Shown piece by piece: positions 62,001-64,000 of a DNA stretch of 64,000 nt. The stretch spans positions 2,253,339-2,317,338 of the forward strand of contig MU061538.1 in the NCBI GenBank assembly GCA_013265495.1, written 5' to 3'. Position 1 is the first letter of the stretch; each line of letters opens with the position of its first letter. Position numbers and translations under genes: made by a program. Under the pieces are notes generated by a model. The model was not told the origin of the DNA, did not search any database, and worked only from the letters and a program-made list of their open reading frames with translations. The stretch comes from Vicugna vicugna (lineage: Eukaryota).

Positions 62001-63829
62001 CCCTCCGTGGTGCCATGACCTGATTGCCCTTAACCCTCACAGGTGAAATTTCATTTAAGGAATAGCCTTTTTTTCTTTAGGGGATATAAATGAGTATGTT
62101 TTCCAAGTTCCAACTTGGGACTCAAAAGATAAAATCATTGAAATGAAAAGTGTTCTGAAAAGTTCAGGGTTGAGGATAGAATCTGTAACAAGAACTGAGA
62201 GGGGGAGGGGTCGAAGAATTTTAAGAACTGCTGGGTCTGGGGAGAGCAGAGGGCACCACTGCCTGGAGGGCTGCCCTGGAAGGCGGCCTTGGCGCCCGGC
62301 TCCCGCCCAGAGGGCTGCCCAGGCAGACGCTGGTTTTGACGTGGAGAGCTGCTGTACGCGAGGTCGATACTGGCATGTGCCTGTCTCTCGATGCTACCGT
62401 GTTACCTGGGAGATGGATTAAAGTAAATAATATCTTAATTACAGGGCGTAAGGCTGCCTCCCAAACTGAAACAGAATGAAGTAACTAACATCCAGCCTTC
62501 TTCCAAAAGAGCCAGGTATGAAGAAGCACCTTACTTTTTTCTGTGGTTGGTGACCTTTTACAGATTTGTTTTAGAAAATGGTAGCAGTTGGGAGAGTGTC
62601 TATAATTTTCACATAAGTAGGTTTGGAAAGATTTGCTGATCACATCAGCCCTCTATTGTGACGTCTCGTTTTGTTGCCAGAGATAAATGGGGAGTAGTGT
62701 TTTTCTTCCCTGAGGGGGAGGGCATAGCTCAGTGGTAGAGCGCATGCTTAGCACGCGTGAGGCCCTGGGTTCAATTCCCAGTACCTCCATTAAATAAATT
62801 AACCAATAAACCCAATGATCTCCCCCCCAAAATAAAAGCTGTCTTTGCCCAAAGCTGCACCAGCACCCCTAGTGTGCAAGACACGAGCTGCTGTGTGGAA
62901 TGCCCCCTCGGACTGCAACTTCATTGTGCCCTTGGGGTCTGTGTCCTGACCCTTGACGGGAGGGTGACACAGCAGGACCAGGTGGGAGGGGTGGAGACCC
63001 CTCCGCAGGCCCCTGGGTTGGCATGGGCGCGCAGACTGTCCCGGTCTCAGCTGGTAGAGACAGGCTGGCGGGCTACTTAGGAGGGCGTGGCCCGGGCAGC
63101 CCTGGTGCTGGGGAGCATCGTCTGCTGCAGCTGCCAGTGTCTTCACCTTTTTCCTTCCCTATGAATTACTGGATATTTTAGTAAAAGCCTAATTGTGTGA
63201 TTATATATTTTAAAGACTGCCATCAAAGTGCCACAAACAAAAATTTTTTAACAGACTGTCTCAAATATAAGCTACGACGGCTTATATTTGAAATTCAAGG
63301 AAATCCTTGATCCTTGGATTTGAAATTTAAGGAAATGTAAAAAGACTGAGAGGTTCAATTTAAAACGTGTGGCTGAGTCCGTGCCTCCTGGCAGCAGACG
63401 GGGCGGGCGGAAGACAAGCTGGGAGCAGGAAGACGTGGACTCTGGTGTTAGAACCATGAGCTAGAGGCCTGGGGCGGGGACCGGCGAGGAAGTGGGGACT
63501 CTGCATCTCAACCATTAGGTGAGGGGCTGCTTCCCTTGGAGGCGCCACAGTCCTTCAGGGGTGACGGTGGGAAAATGGTGGAAAGGGCAGGGCAGGCAAG
63601 TCACGGCCCATGAAGGAAAGAAACCACACACACTGAACGCTGTTAAAGCTGGTTAAGTCCCTATTTTCTAAAGAACACTTTTACTGTTACAATGAAATCA
63701 CCATTCTGTGTATTTTTATTTTATAGAATTGAAGATATACCACCACCCACCAAAAAGTTAACACCAGAATTGACCCCTTTTGTGCTTTTCACTGGATTTG
63801 AGCCTGTTCAAGTTCAACAGTATATTAAG
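29006..63829 (+). CDS. PAXIP1: PAX-interacting protein 1 (PTIP), spliced CDS exons 1-15, 3'-partial
   Basis: 15 exons with GT-AG boundaries join in one open frame (2385 nt, 795 aa): [27 protein letters not shown]...[17 protein letters not shown]. Recognisable as PTIP: BRCT1-2, acidic tract, Q/P-rich region, BRCT3-4, start of BRCT5. Confidence 0.98.
30950..31670 (+). mobile_element. Degraded L2 fragment
   Basis: cacttgggttactgcagt...cagtgatcttcctgtaagagctgatcacg...ctcctcttccagaaacttctcc. Confidence 0.4.
31768..31902 (+). CDS. PAXIP1: PAXIP1 exon 2 (BRCT1)
   Basis: tttaaag|[45 protein letters not shown]|gtcagt; 135 nt. Confidence 0.97.
36010..36053 (+). CDS. PAXIP1: PAXIP1 exon 3
   Basis: tttttcag|[24 protein letters not shown] (U12-type donor); 44 nt. 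Confidence 0.95.
36054..38082 (+). other. PAXIP1: U12-type (minor spliceosome) GT-AG intron 3 of PAXIP1
   Basis: Donor GTATCCTTT. Branch-like CTCTTAAT at 38062-38069, about 13 nt before the AG. No polypyrimidine tract (actgtaaaacag). Confidence 0.9.
37505..37650 (-). mobile_element. MIR fragment
   Basis: gggaagctgacgctcagagttgccttgcccaagttcaca...ctagaactcagttct. Confidence 0.55.
38083..38146 (+). CDS. PAXIP1: PAXIP1 exon 4
   Basis: aacag|[22 protein letters not shown]|gtaagc; 64 nt. Confidence 0.95.
41301..41443 (+). mobile_element. Camelid SINE (Vic-1-like)
   Basis: tacagctcagtggtagag...gtcctgggttcaatcccc...ctccattaaaaataaataaataaataacctaatcatcttcccccc, A-rich tail. Confidence 0.88.
42113..42276 (+). 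other. PAXIP1: Putative alternative cassette (poison / re-initiation) exon of PAXIP1
   Basis: Strong acceptor ccttctgtcttttccccgtcag and donor TGG|GTAGGT; 164 nt. Main-frame TGA at 42242-42244. Peptides [19 protein letters not shown] and [14 protein letters not shown] match my recollection of an alternative human PAXIP1 N-terminus. Confidence 0.75.
43915..44140 (+). mobile_element. MIR
   Basis: cagtggtaaaa...ggcagacctgggttt...tattagctgt...cctggcacatagg...agtaaatggtagc. Confidence 0.65.
44760..44873 (+). CDS. PAXIP1: PAXIP1 exon 5 (BRCT2)
   Basis: ccgccag|[38 protein letters not shown]|gtaagc; 114 nt. Confidence 0.96.
45355..45530. mobile_element. MER5A-like hAT element
   Basis: tcaagtggtgtcccc...agcaccagcctcccctggga..tgttagaa...gagcccaggaacctgtg...ccccaggagttctg. 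Confidence 0.5.
46388..46712 (-). mobile_element. L1 3'UTR fragment hosting a nested SINE
   Basis: ccccttggtaaccagaagtttgttctc...gtaagttcacttgtgtc [SINE] ttccacatatgagtgatgtcatacagtattt. Confidence 0.8.
46485..46612 (-). mobile_element. Camelid SINE (Vic-1-like) nested in L1
   Basis: ctggggttgaacccaggccctcgtgcatgccaagc...ctataccctcccc, flanked by TSD-like tgtgtc(c/t)tttttt. Confidence 0.85.
47160..47795 (+). CDS. PAXIP1: PAXIP1 exon 6 (end of BRCT2, poly-Glu tract)
   Basis: cccacag|[23 protein letters not shown]...RPSNVAH|gtaagt; 636 nt. Confidence 0.97.
48290..49100 (-). mobile_element. Degraded L2
   Basis: ccttggagacaaaatggtaaataagaaagac...ggagggcctcatggaggg...gggccttgttgcacagg. Confidence 0.5.
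52940..53396 (+). CDS. PAXIP1: PAXIP1 exon 7 (Q/P-rich region)
   Basis: cttccag|[23 protein letters not shown]...[11 protein letters not shown]|gtccgt; 457 nt; phase matches exon 8. Confidence 0.92.
53872..53966 (+). CDS. PAXIP1: PAXIP1 exon 8 (BRCT3)
   Basis: attccag|[33 protein letters not shown]|gtgagg; 95 nt. Confidence 0.96.
57314..57409 (+). CDS. PAXIP1: PAXIP1 exon 9
   Basis: gtctag|[32 protein letters not shown]|gtgagt; 96 nt. Confidence 0.96.
58301..58438 (+). CDS. PAXIP1: PAXIP1 exon 10
   Basis: ccgcag|[46 protein letters not shown]|gtaagg; 138 nt. Confidence 0.97.
58951..59072 (+). CDS. PAXIP1: PAXIP1 exon 11 (BRCT4)
   Basis: ctcttag|[42 protein letters not shown]|gtaagc; 122 nt. 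Confidence 0.97.
59300..59602 (+). mobile_element. L1 ORF2 end / 3'UTR fragment
   Basis: gaatggataaataaactgtggtata...atgccatttgcagcaaca...gggataaattaggagtttggga. Confidence 0.85.
59848..60032 (+). CDS. PAXIP1: PAXIP1 exon 12
   Basis: ctcaaaag|[39 protein letters not shown]...LVLNLL-G|gtgagg; 185 nt. Confidence 0.96.
60240..60430 (-). mobile_element. L1 extreme 3' end
   Basis: ttttaaaattgaagcatagttggtttacaatg...gtgattcagttatac...ggaccttgtggtttatc. Confidence 0.8.
61250..61293 (+). CDS. PAXIP1: PAXIP1 exon 13
   Basis: ctctctag|[16 protein letters not shown]|gtacgt; 44 nt. Confidence 0.94.
62445..62515 (+). CDS. PAXIP1: PAXIP1 exon 14
   Basis: ttacag|[25 protein letters not shown]|gtatga; 71 nt. 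Confidence 0.94.
62712..62837 (+). mobile_element. Camelid SINE (Vic-1-like)
   Basis: ggggagggcatagctcagtggtagagcgcatgcttagc...ctgggttcaattcccagtacctccattaaa. Confidence 0.9.
63727..63829 (+). CDS. PAXIP1: PAXIP1 exon 15 (start of BRCT5)
   Basis: tttatag|[35 protein letters not shown]|gtaaca; 103 nt. Confidence 0.96.
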
Positions 63830-64000
63830 GTAACATTTTACTTTATTTCGCATGATGATTTCTGCTTACATTTGCTTTCGGCCAGCAGTTTTATTAAACC
63901 AACATTTAATCAGGAATAACTTATACCAGTGTTTATAATGTGTATTTATAAACTGTTTGTAATAGTGTTTAAAGTCATTAAATCAGTGACTTCCCACTTA

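Noticed and set aside
62428..62444. TCTTAAT near the intron 13 acceptor as a second U12 branch site
   Set aside because: The donor is U2-type (GTACGT) and the motif is too close to the AG.

Overview
Mammalian genomic DNA, almost certainly camelid: five tRNA-derived SINEs resemble Vic-1 and several L1 3' ends look lineage-specific. The first ~28 kb is gene-free and repeat-rich (Charlie1/MER DNA transposons, L1, L2, MIR, LTRs). A CpG-island promoter (~28.05-29.7 kb) drives PAXIP1 (PTIP, multi-BRCT protein) on the + strand. I traced coding exons 1-15 (29006-63829, 2385 nt = 795 codons, frame intact); the gene continues past the window. Most notable: (1) a 164-nt cassette exon in intron 4 whose premature stop overlaps an ATG in frame with exon 5 (TGATG stop-start); (2) intron 3 is a U12-type minor intron with a G-quadruplex-forming tract behind the donor; (3) the Q-rich domain is shortened and polyQ tracts read as polyP (CAG to CCG). 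Comparisons with human PAXIP1 and with repeat consensus sequences are from memory and need alignment. I see no evidence for a wholly new gene system.
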